NCBI GenBank assembly: GCA_964016885.1
Contig: OZ024741.1
Span: 228,036,001-228,100,000, forward strand
Direction of reading: 5' to 3'
DNA length: 64,000 bases
Source: Eledone cirrhosa
Taxonomy: Eukaryota
Position 1 is the first letter of the stretch, and the number at the start of each line of letters is the position of its first letter. The position numbers and the translations under genes were made by a program. The notes beneath the pieces are model-generated. The model did no database searches and was not told the origin of the DNA. It saw only the letters and a program-made list of their open reading frames with translations. Positions 63,401-64,000 of this stretch are shown here, one piece after another.

Positions 63401-64000
63401 AAAGTGAGAGCAGGATACAAGTTGGGAAGGGGAGAGCTTACCATCAATCACCTCCTCTTCATGGACGATCTTAAGCTCTTCGGGAAAAGTGAGAAGGAGT
63501 TGGATGTGCTTGTTGACACTGTCCGTATTTTCAGCAGTGATATATGTATGCAGTTTGGTATTGGTAAATGTGGAGTCATTGTGATGAGGAGGGGTAGGTT
63601 GAGCAGAAGTAACGGGATCCAGATACCAACAGGTGAGATGATAAAGGAAATTGACTCTGAGGAAGGATACAAGTATTTGGGCGTTCTGGAGGCTGATGGC
63701 ATAAAGAACAAAAAAATGAAGGAATTGTTAAGAACTGAATACATTCGGAGAGTAAGGAGCGTATTGAAGTCACATCTGAACAGCAGAAATGCCATAAGCG
63801 CAGTAAATTCCCGAGCTGTGTCTATTATTAGGTACAGTGCGGGAATTCTGAGATGGAATGTTGCTGAACAGAAAGAAATGGATAGGAAGACTAGGAAGCT
63901 ATTGACTATCTACAACATGTTCCACAAGAGGAGTGATGTCGATAGACTCTACCTAAGGAGATCTGAGGGTGGAAGAGGTCTTATCAGCATAGAGGACTGT
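60434..64000 (+). mobile_element. R4/Dong copy 4, runs off the window end
   Basis: Same 5' end as copy 2 (GGGAAGAAGACGCACGAGG) directly after (AAT)n. Confidence 0.92.
61505..64000 (+). CDS. Dong polyprotein, partial (appears open to the window end)
   Basis: ATGGAGACTAGAACG at 61505, colinear with 41343 onward; absent from the ORF track, consistent with no stop being reached. Confidence 0.85.
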   Translation, partial: METRTSCDRLSPNRCPLAQQQEPDCQPNTADVGGRRRRKGARTNWTKELNRTVMQCYLKSNPKERGYRRRMHNIWNEIGLFKLDEQKLAGQARVIRTNGWISELELEELSRENGLEMAGVVCQTSEPVGNEGEEVLRTEEPPEADNDLSTEINNTWNRDTATEEMNADGLGQDSVDILNLVVDELNNDSGRPMNLRFVDRKKLKETTAKVNKVIPYLEARSLHQCNNILRATANTVRKLLGIKARGNNRQERAEPWWKKRLSGQIGEMRNDIGKLESLLNGTLKNIGTKNRLEIKYKTRSKKLNIIIEELKQRIVAKSAKIRRYENRVSQYKQNRMFDNNQKMLFGQLEGKERGNDLIPGAEQTKTFWRGIWEQDVRHNAQAGWIETVQREIGEQAQQQTDLSITVETLKGQAKKLTNWKSPGPDGVQGYWIKHLTSLHPKLTAMFNDCLVSGEVPEWLTKGTTVLIMKDRIKGNDATNYRPITCLPVMWKLLTSIVSEEIYHHLHTNNLLPDEQKGCRKKSRGTKDQLLIDKMVMGNCRRRHTDLAMGWIDYRKAFDMVPHSWITKSLEIFRVADNIRQLLGRSMGSWETELTSTGVSLGSVKIKRGIFQGDSLSPLLFVLALMPLTIMLRKVRAGYKLGRGELTINHLLFMDDLKLFGKSEKELDVLVDTVRIFSSDICMQFGIGKCGVIVMRRGRLSRSNGIQIPTGEMIKEIDSEEGYKYLGVLEADGIKNKKMKELLRTEYIRRVRSVLKSHLNSRNAISAVNSRAVSIIRYSAGILRWNVAEQKEMDRKTRKLLTIYNMFHKRSDVDRLYLRRSEGGRGLISIEDC

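Noticed and set aside
29572-63795. Antisense and alternate-frame ORFs inside LINEs
   Set aside because: Shadow frames of the coding strand; they recur only because the copies are near-identical.

Overview
AT-rich, microsatellite-dense eukaryotic DNA made almost entirely of retroelements. A coleoid cephalopod such as Octopus is inferred from the tRNA-head/Meta(MESC)-core SINE and the repeat landscape; this is not proven. No host gene is confidently identifiable. Left half (1-29 kb): (TA)n/(CA)n tracts host a series of fold-back Penelope-like element (PLE) insertions. The largest is a ~6 kb palindrome (9906-15879) with two RT+GIY-YIG arms of identical translation. At least six smaller or older palindromes share the same design, and most carry type-I hammerhead ribozyme motifs, one with a non-canonical core. 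This half also holds SINE clusters, CRE fragments, a Helitron and MITEs. Right half (29.4-64 kb): a ~35 kb array in (TAA)n tracts, with three Tx1/L1-clade APE elements all on the minus strand (one intact) and four large R4/Dong-clade RLE elements plus two 3' stubs all on the plus strand. Main new observations: the fold-back plus tail plus hammerhead architecture; a covarying 3' stem-loop shared by the Tx1 LINEs and the SINE; and a perfect AGGTAAGT splice-donor motif overlapping the ORF1 stop in all three Tx1 elements.
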